From NCBI GenBank assembly GCA_965645245.1, contig OZ287077.1, forward strand, positions 1,922,001-1,986,000: a stretch of 64,000 nt of DNA. The letters run 5' to 3'. The stretch comes from Massalongia carnosa (taxonomy: Eukaryota). Positions within the stretch are counted from its first letter, which is position 1, and each line of letters begins with the position of its first letter. The notes beneath the pieces are model-generated. The model did no database searches and was not told the origin of the DNA. It was given only the letters and a program-made list of their open reading frames with translations. This document shows, piece by piece, positions 38,189-51,290 of this stretch. The translations under genes were made by a program, and so were the position numbers.

Positions 38189-40711
38189 TCATATCATCCC
38201 TGATTTCTCCAAATCTTGTCTGGCCTTATCGAGTACCGCCACAATTTGGGAGTAAAGCTGGCGATCCTCCTGCCACCATGGTATACCCCCTGGAAACATG
38301 ACCTCATGCAATTCTCTTAGGCAAGGAAACAACCGCTTGCAGTACGCAGTAAAGCTGTCCTCCACTGTATCAAAAATGCGTTTTGACACTAGCCCCATCT
38401 TTATCTTCGCAAGCTCTTTGATTGGTTTGGTATTCCAGTCCTCAAATTCTTTGACACTCCTTCTCTTCTTACCAGATCCATTCCAGTGGAAGCAGATCCA
38501 TAGTATGACCCAGAAGAATGACTCAAGATCATGCATAAGACTATGGTGCTCCCCAAGAAGTGCACCAATCGCCATGAAAACCTTAGTGCCAGTCATACCG
38601 GGTGCGCCGGATGCACGATCACTGCTGGTGTGAATGGCAAGATCAGCATCAATGAGGAAACCGTCATCTTCATTCTCTGTGAGCATGATATTACCAGCCG
38701 ATACGTCACGATGAAGGATTCCAGTGTTCAGCAAGGACTCGTGTCCTAGAATAAAGTTAGCTTTACTCTTGATGTTTATGATGAGATTCTCACCTTTGAT
38801 AGCTCCAATGATTCCGGTGATGAGAACCACCGGAGAGGATGCTTCGTAAATGGGCTTGCCGAAATCACGAGTGATGACACGTCGATGGACTCGGTTGTAA
38901 ATCGGTGACCCTGAATCCCACAATTCAAAGCTAGAGCAGGATCTCTTAGCACTAGCTGGTGGCGCCATCTGGGCTGTACTTGACGATCGCTTCCGTGAAA
39001 GACTTGGGCTTTGACCTCGGCCTGCGATAGCTTTCCCAGGAGATTCAGAGGCTGAGACTGATGATTCAGCCTCGTGGAGGAGTCTTTGCTTAAACCTTGT
39101 TCGACCGCATGTTTTCATCAACCCTCTTCGCACATTCACGATGGTATCATCATTCTTTCCGTCAACCTGGACCGTCTCGTGATGATAGTACCGGGCAATA
39201 TTCCTCGCGCCTTTGTCCGTTGCCTCTTTGATCAGCTCTCCCTCTTCCGATCGGTCCTCATACTGCCATGAATCCTTGACGAGGAGGGGCTCCTTCGACT
39301 GGTCTTTCTCGTAATATGCCCTCCAACACGCCGTGGCCCGGCCAACAATCACCGCTTGCTTTCTGATCTCCTTGGCAAGAATGAGCCGTTCGATTTGATC
39401 GTCTCGAGTGATCTCCACGTAACGCTGGCTGTCTGATTGCTGAATCGTAGGGTCGAGGCCGAGCTGCTCATTGTCCATCAGATGATAGCCAAGCATGACA
39501 TGAACGAATCTGAATCCCTCCTGATTGATATCGAAGGAAAAAGATCCAGAGCTGCCCGATCGATCGAAATGCCACAAACGCATCATGTACCCACAGAGTG
39601 TGAACCCCAGCACGAACCTTCGGTCTTGAGTACGGAAGACCTCTCGAGCGTACGTAGCAAGATCAAGCCAGGCAGGCTCCTGCCCGTCCTCAATGGGATT
39701 GCTCTTCAATTCACCGGTCACAAGTACCTGAGCCCAGATAGGCTTTAGTTTCTGAGCCCTTCCTTGATCAACCTCGCTCTGTCCATGACATGCCATAACA
39801 CCGACGTCCATCTTTCGTTTAACGGGGGATCCATCAAGATAGGTGCTTGGTCCTTTGTAAATCTGCCGGGAAGTGGTAGAATGTACGCCACTCGTCCACG
39901 CTACGAAACGCTTCATGAGGTCCTGTAGCCACTCCAGGACGAGGTCCTCCTTAGCACTCGGAGGCCACTCGGTCCAACCGCTGCCTTTAATGTAGAGCCG
40001 GGTATCTCCCTCTTGACATCGATCGAACACCGTCTCAGCTAGCTCATCGAGTCGAGGAATATGTCCGAAGACGGCAGGGATGAAATCAGGGATATCGATT
40101 CGAAGGGTCGGGAGGAGTTCTTCTCTTAACACATTATCGACCTGCCTTCTGCGCTCGGATGCGTCAGTAAAGCTGCCCGTGTTGAACGACCAAGGCGTCT
40201 GCTGGAACGAGGATGTAAATGGTGGATGAGATGGGGGAGGGGTTGTAGGTTGTGGTAGTGACTGTGGTATTGGTCTCGTGCGCGCGATGACTTCGTATAG
40301 TTCGCTCCATATCTTCTGATCAGTCTCTCCAATAACCACAGCATGTAGCAACCCGGCAATGAAGTTAATGTCGATTTGACTTGAGGAGAGACCAGAGTAA
40401 AGTAGAGCTACGTCACCGCTAAGCGGTCCCAGTCCAAACTTGGAGGGAAGAGCCGATGCTGCTGGCAGCAACTGCAAAGTGCCTATAAATCTAAGGACCA
40501 GGTCTTTTCCGGCTATTTCGGGTTAGCTAGGTCGAAGGTGTTGTGCGTTACGAGTACCTGGATCTACGAGAAACTTCTCATAACCGGTCGAAGAATTCGC
40601 AACCTTCGCGTTCGGAAACGTGGACTTGACTGTGGCGAGAAGGGCTTTGAACTCGTCCTTGACAGAATTTGCTTTAATAACGTCAAGCTCGCGCTCGGAG
40701 AACTGAGCCAT
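38189..40711 (-). CDS. FunK1-family fungal protein kinase (Pkinase_fungal), two introns
   Basis: GELKSNP, RRFVLGFTLCG, WHFDRSG, GRATACW, VKDSWQ, HRDVSAGNIML, GFLIDADLA, TGTKVFMAI and HDLESFFWV. Exon 1 runs from ATG 40711 to a donor near 40557. Confidence 0.9.
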
Positions 40712-41580
40712 GAGATGATGAATGCGCTAAATACCTTAAGGGCGGTTGGGAGTATTCGGACATGGTCTTGAGATGGTCTCAAGATCCCGGACATGTCTTC
40801 GCTAAACTAGGTACACCGGAAGGTTTCCGGTTTGTGTGTTTTTTTGAGCGCTTTCCTGATTGAGATGATTCAACATTGTCCTGCACGTGTAAGATAGCTT
40901 AAAATTCAACTTGTGTTTGATGAGAGATATCTGCAGATCATATAAAGTCTGATATCATTTGAGAAATACTATATTCTTGAAAAGAATATATCTCAGTGAA
41001 CATTCATATTGATATGAATAGTGCTTTCCATTAAAGAGCATCTGAAAATGATTTAAAGATCGTCTCAGTTTTGACAAGATCTCAAGATCGTATTCCGGAT
41101 AAAACGATCAGAAAACAATCCTACAAAAGAGACATCACGTCCATGCAACCTCGTTACAGCTGAGTTGTATTTGAGTTCACATGCTGTATTCGCCCAAATG
41201 ATGATTAGGGAAACAAGTGATTGATTTAGTGACAGCTTCTAATTTACAGCTGTATGAATGCTATCATCCTCATGCCATGGTTCCCGTTCTCGTTGCTGTC
41301 TCGCACGATCTAGTCTTGAATGGCTCCATCGAGTCATTCCCGTACCTCCTCTCACAACATGAAACCGATGAAACAAGGCAGATAAGAGATGTGCCTTGAG
41401 GACCTGAAGAATAAGACTGTTAGCTTGAATTGCAATATGCGCAGAGAACACAACGTACCAAGCGACCATGTAGAAGAAAGGGCAGCCTGACGCAATAAAT
41501 AAATTAGTCTCAGTTCTTTCATACAAGTTTGAATGCGATAGATCAATTACCGAATTTATGATGGAGAGTGTCGGCAAAAC

Positions 41581-43330
41581 TCAGCTGTTCTGACCTGACA
41601 AACCCTTCTCGCCTGAGGAGATTCCAGAGGAGATTTCTAAAACGGCCTTCTCGGAAACGTCCTTCTCGGAGACGTCCTTCTTGGAGACGTCCTTCTCGGA
41701 AATGGCCTTATCGGAAACGGCCTTCTCCAAGAGAGTCTGCTTTGGCATGACTCTAGGTTCTCTATCGTCTGCTAGCTGTAGTTGCATCATCATTGTCAGC
41801 AGAATGGGAAGAACTCTCACAAAACTTCAGCAGCATTGAGTATGCTCATACATTGCTTGACATGTTGTTCTTCCACCCGCAATTTAGCTTTGATGGCATT
41901 CGACACTTTGCTTGGTAATTTATCGTAAGTGACGTGAGGACTAATCCTCATATATTGCTGATCTTGACCAAACCGAGCATGAAAGAGTAGCCTCAACGCT
42001 CGATCAAGTATTTCAACGTCTTAAGTCCTCGACAGTGTAGATTCTTGTCGGTGACAGGCTCAACAAGTGTCCAAGTTCATTTCATCTTGATTGTATTGCT
42101 CCTGCTCGATTGAAGTTAGTTTGCTGTAATTTTGTCTCAACTTCTTGATCGTTGTCGTCTCCAAAACAATATCTTTCAAAGCAGTTATCTCATCTCCGTC
42201 TTCATCACTTTGAAAAGCATCACTATCATCCGATGTCACCTCGAATCCTTCTTCATCTTGCAGCATTGTATCCGCGAATCTGTCAGGTCTCTGACGTTTT
42301 CGGGATGCAGGATTCGTGACTGTACTTTCGAGATCAATGTCCATTGAATCTTGCACCGTGATAGCTAATCTACCGCCGGTCTCCTCGTCAAACTCGACAT
42401 TCATCGGATTATTTGAACCCTCTGTGGGAAGAAAACTCATTTCCTTCAGAATCTCGTGTCTTCTCTGACTCTCGTGTGCCTCTTTGACGTATTTATTCGA
42501 CTCATTCAATAAGTCGACAAGCATGTTCTGCACCTCTGACGAAAAGGATCGAGTGGCTAAGTCCACTACGGCCTTGTCTGTTTGCTTGGAGTCTCGATAT
42601 TGGTCATGTGACTTCTTTGTCACAACTCGAACAACCAACACCGGTTCGGTTTGAGAAACCTGCAAGAAAATGCAATGATTAGTCTTTCGTATCTGTACGA
42701 AGGAATTTCACGCTCTTTTCAGATAACACACCCAAATTACTCGAGACCAAGCCTGAATTTCTGAAGGTGTATTGATGGCTGGCGTTGCCACTAAAACCCT
42801 CGATCCAGATTTACTCCTTGTGCCGACACCTGATACATTATTATCAAAATCAGCAAGAAATATTTAGGATCGTTGAATCTTTTGACAAGATTCACGCGCT
42901 CTAAATCCGTCAATCTAGCGTTTAACACTTCGGTCTCCACGTATGCAAAATTACACACACTATCCCAGAAAAAGGCGTTGAGTGGTACATCTCCTGTAAT
43001 CAACAGCTTTCGTGGCTTATCCGTAATGGTATGAGGTAACACATAAGTATGAATTTGATATAGTAATTATCTCATGGTGGGAGCACCGTAGGTCAGAAAT
43101 ATGAGTTTTTCCGAACCAGTAGTAACATCAGAGTCTCCTTCTCGATTCACAAGATTAATGATATGATGAGCAGTCACGCCTTTTGCTCGAAATCGGTTGA
43201 TATCGTTGATCAAGGTGTTATGACCTATTTTTCGAAGCATGCGGTCGAGTCTACTGAGAAGAAGGGAGGCCCTCGCGAGAGTTAAATGTCATAATGGTGC
43301 TATGATGTGTGAGAAATCATCGGTTCCAGC
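41581..43330 (-). pseudogene. SNF2-like SF2 helicase remnant (HELICc domain plus acidic tail)
   Basis: ERVNLVKRFNDP...SAQGVNLD, then PAINTPSEIQAWSRVI and SQTEPVLVVRVVTKKSHD. Stops and frameshifts are present and no N-terminal ATPase lobe is seen. Confidence 0.6.
41638..41730. repeat. 15-bp minisatellite, about 6 copies (AAACGKCCTTCTCGG)
   Basis: Directly visible. It encodes EKDVS/EKAVS pentapeptides on the minus strand. Confidence 0.85.
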
Positions 43331-44018
43331 TTTCTGAATAGCTGTGATTTGTGGTTTCTCCGTCTTCTTGCCCTTTCAATCTTTTATGGCTTGAACAAAT
43401 TCCCTGCATTCATACATTATCTTTTATTTGCTCCTCAGATTCATATCGATATAAAGGATAAGCCCATCGGGCGTGAGCTCTATGTACTCATTGGGACTCC
43501 GCTGCTTCTTCTTCTCGATATGGCTCATTCTTGAAAAACTTGGCATGAGTTTCCAAGTTCTCATTCATCATCTTCTTATCTATATCCTTCTTTACTGCTC
43601 TCCTCGTTTTTCTAGGCGTGATCGGGATCGCCTGAAAAAAGGTAAGTTAAAAGCTTTAGATGAAGATATCATAAGGAATAAACATTTTCTTTCATGATGT
43701 GGATAAGTAGAGGCTGAAACCTGTGATAGTGTAAAGTGTGATGAGGTTGTATCTCAAAATTAAGTCAGGCGATCATACCAGTTTAAAGAATTGATGATCG
43801 AGAAGAGACCGATAGTAGTACTCAGATGAAGAGGGAATGAGCAACAGGATTGAAAGAATAAATCAACGACGGATGGGAAGGAAGGTAAAGATGAGAAGAA
43901 AGGTAAAGATGAAAGAGGATATATTAAGTGAAATGAAGATCAACGTTGATCTTTGGGGCTAGCGAAAGTGTTGTCCTAAATTCACACAACATCAGTTCAG
44001 TCGTCATGACTATTTTTT

Positions 44019-47000
44019 TTACAAAAAGTTGACTCCCCATGTACAATGTAACAAATCCATATTTGATTCTTTGTTACTGTTTGAACTTATTGTCGACACG
44101 ACGACATGTGAGGATACTGGCTCATTGAGCGTACGATTAATAGGAACAATGTAGATCTTATCTGCATCAACAAAGAATAACGGGATCACTCTATCCGTGT
44201 CTGTCAGTTGAAAGATGCTCAAATTTAGGACCTCGTCTTTATAGGAAGCGGTCTTTAGCAGTCGAATCCAAAGGAACACTCGCTGAATATTCTCAAATGG
44301 TAGACAGTGAGTATAAATTTGTCGAAGCTGAGCATATGTGCCAGAGCGAAGTCGAAGAAAGTCGCCAATATGCAATGAGAAACGTTTGCCGGTTGACCTG
44401 ACAGTAAAGGAGCATTGTTCATACCAGTACAAAGGCTTGTTTCCCCATTGAACGCCATTAAGGCCATACCCGGTCATAGCAGTCTGCATCAGTTGCCTAA
44501 ATCGGAGCTCTGTGGAGTTGGTTATTCTGATAGGAAGACCTTGATTTTGTGCATAGGAAAGTTTGAGCTTTCCCCGCACTGCAGGTTTTAAATGCGAGGG
44601 AGATTCTAATAAAAAGTCATTTGTCGACTCCTGATCGTCTGTTTGTGGGCGATCCCCGTGGAATAATAGACTTTCAAGGAGAGCCGGGCAGTTCCGCTTC
44701 AAACGAATTATTTGCAGAGTGATCTCCGGATCGGTATGACGAAATGAGCCATTCAAAAGAGCGACGACAGTGAAGAGGATAGCGGCTTTCACTAAAAGCT
44801 GTCGCTCTGGCTTTCGATGATTTGTTGACAATACGGCTTGCTTAAAAAAGCGATGTTTGTCTTCTCCAAAGAGAACATTAACGTTCCACAGAACACCATA
44901 CTCCTGCATGACTCTTTCGAAATGCATACCGATATGAAAGTTAGACAGCTTATCGGCCTCGCCATTCCGAGTAGTCACTGATGCAGAAAGTCTCATGTCG
45001 GGATCTGACACAAGATTACCAACGGACGCCTCTTCAAATGGAGTGTCTGTATCACCAATAAGGGATTTTATGGATGTTTCAGAAATCGATGCTCGTCTAG
45101 AACTGAAAGATAACTCCTCAGTGACAGACTCACTTTTCTCGTTGTATTTCTTCTTTTCTTGTCGTTTTGGATTTTGTGCTGCATTCATCAGACCTAGAAA
45201 ACATTGTCGAGTATTGACGATTTGACTGTGAAATTCTTGACGATCTTTGAGGGATAATTCGAAAGACGAGATTAATGTATTACTCCATGCGAGTTTCCCA
45301 AAGCAAAACACTATCAAATCTTCATCTGAAGCGCAATGGCGACGTTCTTTAGGAAACTGAACTTTCAATCCTTTCGAAAAGGCTGTCGTACATGACGGTT
45401 TCTTAATCAACAGCGAAGAAGTAGAGGTATTACGACTGAGGCACGAGCGCATTCGCTCATACTCCATGAGGCCATATGAATAGCCGGAGACTGTATTCGG
45501 GCCCAGCCAGGTGGAAACGGAAAACAGTGCAAGGCAGCTGTAAACTCTTTAGTAGCCCGTTTCGTGAGTATTTTCGTGTAAAGAAAGGGTACAATCTTCG
45601 TACTAGTCCGTAATACTCGCTATGAGCCGGATCCGGTGGACAACTCATGATAAGATGAAGCGCCGGGGTTAATGTCTGAAGCGCAGAAGATTCGGGTTTG
45701 AGCCCATTTCGTGTAAGATATGCCAGTCTCTTTGTCTTTCCTTTTATTGCTAGGCTATTTTTTCGTATAGCCAACACCTCATGATGATAACGACCATGAA
45801 GTAGAATATCCCGCTGCAAATCTCCTCGATTATGGAGGCCCGCATCACAAAAGCGACAACAGTAGTTGGCACGTGGCTTAAGAAACCTTCCGGAGGCTTG
45901 CTGCTGATTCATATCACCAAGGTATGCTAGAATCGGGGCCCAAGCCGCTTGTTTCTGTCCATTGATTTCAAGAATGCAACCACGATCCATGTTTCCCAAA
46001 CTGGTATGAAGACAGTTCATCACATCGTTAAACTCGGATCCGTGCGGGCCAAGAGCAATGGTGTAAGCATTAAAACTCTTTTGACGTTCCGAGGCGGGCA
46101 AGCCTGCTGGCATGGCATAGACACCAGTGATGGAACGATACATGTTTCGATATAACCCGAAATCGTCGATGAAAATGACAAGGGGATATGACTGAACTCC
46201 TTTAATTAGCTGTGAGATTAGGTACTCTCGACCAAAGACTTCTAATTCTAATTCCGCTCGGATCGATGATGAAATATTGATTGATCTAAGCTCTCCTCGC
46301 GTGACGTTGAATATTTGACGAATTAAGACAGGCGTTATAGACCGTACCTGATCATTCCTACAAATTGCAACATCGAAACGGCGAGCTAGAACATGCTCGG
46401 ATAAGACATCTTGATCCGCGTCTTCTATCAAAAGCAACTGATCTTCGGGCCAGTCAAACGTGACCGGAACTGAATATTCGTTGACGTTCTTTCTACTTAT
46501 TAAAGGACGAATCCTGACAAGAGTTTGACCTAGGGTCAAAGATCGCGATCTTTGATCACGTCCAAAAAATATGACCTGTCCGCAGTGACTATCATGAATA
46601 ATCCCACATTTATCATTGCCACAGCGATACTGCACAATGTCAGAGGGGAAAATAGGGGATGAATCGGGAAATCTCGCAAAATCAGTGGAACATGTACGAA
46701 TAGAAGAACCCCAACTGTTTGAATGCCAGTATTCCGAAGGACTATCAACGATCTCTGCCATACCGATATGAATGTTTCGTTGAGTTGTGGCTGAAAGTAA
46801 GATACTGATAATAATTCGAGCATCGAAGTAATAGACGTTGGCTTGAGCCTGTCTTGGTGTTCCGGTGGGTTGTTTTTCTCGTCGTACTGATACCGCTGCC
46901 TTCTGAATGGATGGAAGGGGAAGGCGCTTACGGCACCAGGAGTGCAAAGTTGATAGTCGCTTTGGCAAATTTCGCACTTCATGAGTGTCTAGCAATTGCA

Positions 47001-47469
47001 AAACTTCGAGTAGGCCATCATAGGTGCGTCGCTTGATGCCTTCTTTATCACACCAGAGACCGAGAGCCAGGCAGAAATCCGATATTTCTCCTCGTACTGG
47101 GCGGGAGGGCACCCGGATCTCATCATCAATCGTGCTTTCAGGAGCAGAAGGGGCCAACTCGTTGAAAGACTCACCGGTGTCTGTGCTTTCTATATCAAAT
47201 TCCGTGAGTTGATTGGATGGCAATGTCATGATAGCATTTGAAGAAATTAAGCTGACAGCAAAGGCCGATGTATCAGCGATTGAAGCAGGCCGAGTATGAA
47301 CGTTTTGAAACTCTTCATCAGTTTCCCGCTCATAATCACTATTTTGATCGAATACCGTCTCTATATCGGCTGGCAAATTGTCTTGAACGCGTTGCTCAGG
47401 AACTTGGTTAGACGATAGTTGGATTTTATTGAGATTCTCTATGGTTCGCTTCTTATGCGCCATTGTCAT
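44019..47469 (-). mobile_element. Large CACTA/EnSpm-Plavaka-like (CMC-related) DDE transposase pseudogene, ~1150 codons
   Basis: Motif order FIDDFG...YLGDM...CRFC...DPAH...NFHIGMH...EYG...FGEDKH. Two frameshifts (~45585, ~45375) and a TGA break the middle block FPFPPGWARIQSP. The family assignment is by motif spacing only. Confidence 0.65.
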
Positions 47470-48553
47470 TCATTCTGAACTCTGGATCTGCTTTTGCTTC
47501 TCATCAATATGTACAGAATTGTGTTGGCATCAAGCGCTCGAAAAGGAAACAAAAGCAGTGCATTTTGACATACGCAAGATTTGTTATAATCGTTACTAAA
47601 ACAACAAGTTAATTAATGAAATTATTGGATTCAAATGCTTACAATGACACAAAAGAGTCAATAAAGCAATTATTATCATTGGACAAAGAAAGGTAAAGGT
47701 AATCAATAGTCAAAGAGCGGCTGTTTACAGGTCAAATGTTCGACTATTCGTCAAGCGCCCATGTCAAACGTACGTGGGCGCAATCGGCAGTAGAAGATTT
47801 CCCGAGGAAATGCCGCGCCCGGCGAAATGCCGCACTTTACAATTCGGCATTAGAATATTGTTTTCGTCGTTAATCAACAACTACAACGATTAATGGAATG
47901 TGTATTAAATAGGGTTCGGATACGGGGACACCGGGTAGGATGCATGTACACCGGCACCTCATCTACGGAAACCGTAGATGCCGCATTAGGCTTAGTCTCA
48001 AGATAAGATAAGATCATCTCTCTTAGAAGGGGTGACCTGTAATAGGAAAAGATTGCTGCCTAGCAACTCTACATCACGGTCATACAAACCTTTATTATTA
48101 CATAGCCATATAGCCATAGTCATATACCTATTTCAACAGAAGACGTGTAACTTGGATAAAAGTTGCTCGAGAAAGTGGAGTTCAAGCTCCCAAATCAACC
48201 GTCGATAAAGCCTTTCAACAAGCAGGATACGGTCGATGATGATGATGATAATGATGATGATGATTCTTATTCCGATATTGTGGTGGGGTGAACAGGAGAA
48301 GGAAGGTTGGGTGCTAGGAGGCGGAGCGGCAGGGAGTTTTTCCGGGGCCCATGCATTTCTTTATAGATAGGAGTCCAGACGGACAGCTTTTTCGTACAGA
48401 GATAGTTACACATACAATCTTTCGAGTTTAGAAGAGTCAGAGTTCATGTTTCGGTGCTTCTTGTGTCCAGAGTTCTTGGTGTTGTCACGTGTGTTTTGTG
48501 TTTGCTTTCTGCGTCCTACGCACCACCCCTGACTACCCCTTTTCAATATGGTA

Positions 48554-48591
48554 CCGGCCGAAGGCCGGCCCATGCGGGCAAGTCTATCTAG
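48554..48591 (+). mobile_element. Helitron-like 3' terminus (5' end not located)
   Basis: GC hairpins CCGGCC-GAA-GGCCGG and GCCC-ATGC-GGGC, then an 8-nt spacer, then CTAG followed by T. Confidence 0.6.
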
Positions 48592-48609
48592 TTGTATAAT
48601 CGTTGGCTA

Positions 48610-50673
48610 GTCTCTTCGGGGAAAGCAAAGTTCGGCGGAAAGCAAAGTTCGTCTTTTCAACTTTTACACGCAAAAAATCAATCAAATAACGATGGGAATT
48701 TTTTTCCACAAAGATCAAGCATGAAAAATGTTATAATAGTAGTTATACTAATAATAACTCAACTTCTCCTGAACATCATCCTCGTCGCTGTCGTCGCCTA
48801 CTTCCTCTTCTATTTCAAAGGCAACGAAGTCTTTTTGTAGACGAATAGAATCACCTTCACCTATAAACTCCCTGTTTTGCGAGGTCTTTAACATGTTTTA
48901 TTCTAATCTTTTCATTCTTTCGAGCGATAACACCTTCCGCGTGTACACTATCTCTTTTCATACGCCATATTCTCATGAAGTTGTTGTGTTCTCGTTTCTT
49001 TTCTATCTGCTCATCTTTTTGCTGTCTTTCAGCAATTGCTCGTTGCGCATCCTCCTTCGTGAGTCCTAATCCTCCGTCTGTCGAGTAATTAGGTCTTAAT
49101 CGCTTGCGAGAAGTTGCTCTTTGTAGTAATTCATTGCTTATTCGCTCATGAGAAAGTGATAATTCGAAGTTCGTAAGCGTCGATTTGGCAACAACTTCCT
49201 TCGTATTACTCACGAATTCCTCTAACTCCTGTTCCCGGACTGGATCACTCCACTGTGTATTATCGCGAATTTTGGGTAGCCATTCAAGTAATCCTCTTTC
49301 AACATCATCAAACGTTTTAGTTTGAATTCGTGGCAATGTTGGGAGAGATGATGTTGAAAAAGAAGAAGAATTATTCTCACTTTGCGAAGGTACAAACCCC
49401 TTTAGCTGTTCAGTGCATTTCTTCTCATTAATAGGCCACATTCCAGATTTTTCAAAGGCAGATTGAATAGTGGATTTCTTGAATGTGTTATCTCGTATTT
49501 TGGTGAGATCTTGACACAATCGAGTTATTGTATACTCTACAATGAACTCCGCAATCGCATCTTGAATGGCCACATCATGCCAATGTTTATAAGGTTGAAA
49601 CACTCCTACATCAAGCGGTTGCATACAATGCGTCAAGTGTGGTATCAAAGGATAAGGACGAATCTAGTTTTTATTGGCAAGCTTGATGAATTCAGGAGTA
49701 ACATGACTACCATGATTATCCATGAGCATCAAATTCCAATCACTCTCAGATCCTGCATCAGAATTTTCAATTTAATGTTGCAGATATGCAATCGCTATTT
49801 TATCCGATGTGAATCCATTTTCTGACGAAACATTTCGAGTTCCTTTAGGCAGTTCGTCTGCAAACCAATTGCTCATCATATCATGACCTTGTATGACAAG
49901 TAAAGGAGGTGGCGGATAATCACCGGCGGCGTTTATATTCTCGAAAATGGTGATAGATTTTCTATTCTCAGGACTAATAGAATAATACTCCTTTACGTCT
50001 GTTGGAACCAAAATTGCATGTTCCTTCATGCAGCCAACTCGAAAACCAGCCTCATAAAAATTGATGATATTTCGTTTATTCTTGATATTCAGCTCTCGAA
50101 GAACCACCCGATAATCAGCGAACCATGCTTCAACGTCTTTCACTTGTCCCGCCGTATAGCGAACGACTGCTAGCGGTTTAGTCTTAATCTTATGTAAATG
50201 GTTAGATTTCTACCATGTTCTAAACCATCGCTTAGTAGGACCTTTATAATCAGCATTCTGACTTCGCTTCAGACTCTTGATCGCGTTGAATATCAGTTCA
50301 TGCGTCGGTTGAACACTATATGTAAGTAACGAGCGAACTCATGTATTGCTTTGATCTGATGCTTCTCCAATATCTTATTATGTCCTCCTCTCTTCCCGAC
50401 TTCATTCGACGCGCTGTTTTGAGCAAGTGAACTTTGTAAAGTGGTACGAGGAATGTCAAATATGCGAGCAGCGCATATCTTGCTTTCAAGTGGATTTTCT
50501 ATTAGAAACTGCTTAGCATCATTCAGACGCGTGACACTATCATTACAATTCATGATTATGATGATGATCAATAATGAAATAGTTGATGTAGTCAAATGCG
50601 TCGTGTTGATGGAATGGAAATTAAATTGCGAAAAGACGAACTTTGCTTTCCGCCGAACTTTGCTTTCCCCGAC
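48610..50673 (-). mobile_element. Full-length but inactivated pogo/Fot1 transposon with TA TSD
   Basis: TIRs GTC(TCTTC)GGGGAAAGCAAAGTTCGGCGGAAAGCAAAGTTCGTCTTTTC and its inverse at 50630-50673, flanked by TA. HTH AARIFDIPRTTL, then NFYEAGF, MDNHGSH and CMQPLDVGVFQPYK. One stop at 49772 and a 5' frameshift. Confidence 0.93.
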
Positions 50674-51290
50674 TAGATCTCGAGTCGGCCGAGGTAAGCG
50701 ACGACGATTATCGCTAAATTTTCTTCATTTGTAGGCACTAGGGGAGTTTGTCCAAGATTTGGAGCTGTGAGCTGTCATTGGTGTATTTTGGTAGTTGTTT
50801 CTGTTTGTTCTCGTTCTTCGTTTCTTGGCTTGGAGTTACTTGTCTTCGAACGTCGAGTAAGGTATGTTATTTGTTGCCGCCCTCGTTAACCACCACTTCG
50901 AAGTAAGCTGTGAAGTGGCGCTCAGGAACACTACGTGAAGGTGAAGGTCGGACTTCTATCCTCGTAGAACGGTGGTGAGTGGTAAGTAGTATGACCATTG
51001 CTTACCCCGAAAGACCCGGGGAACAACCCGCCCTCAAGGAGTGCAAGGCTCACGCGAACCCCCCCAACGTTATGGGCCGCTGTGCGTCCGAAGACCGCCT
51101 CCACCCCGCGATTTTAGCAACAACTCTCGGGATAGTTCCGGTCAATCTTTCACCGGGTTCAGGAAGACGGGTCCGTATTCGCCAACCATCCACCTTTAAA
51201 GACGAGTGGTGCTGTGACCTGCATCATCCGGATCTATAATCTGCGTGAGGCAAGTCTTGGGATCCGGCTTGGGACTGTCTGATAGTTCTT

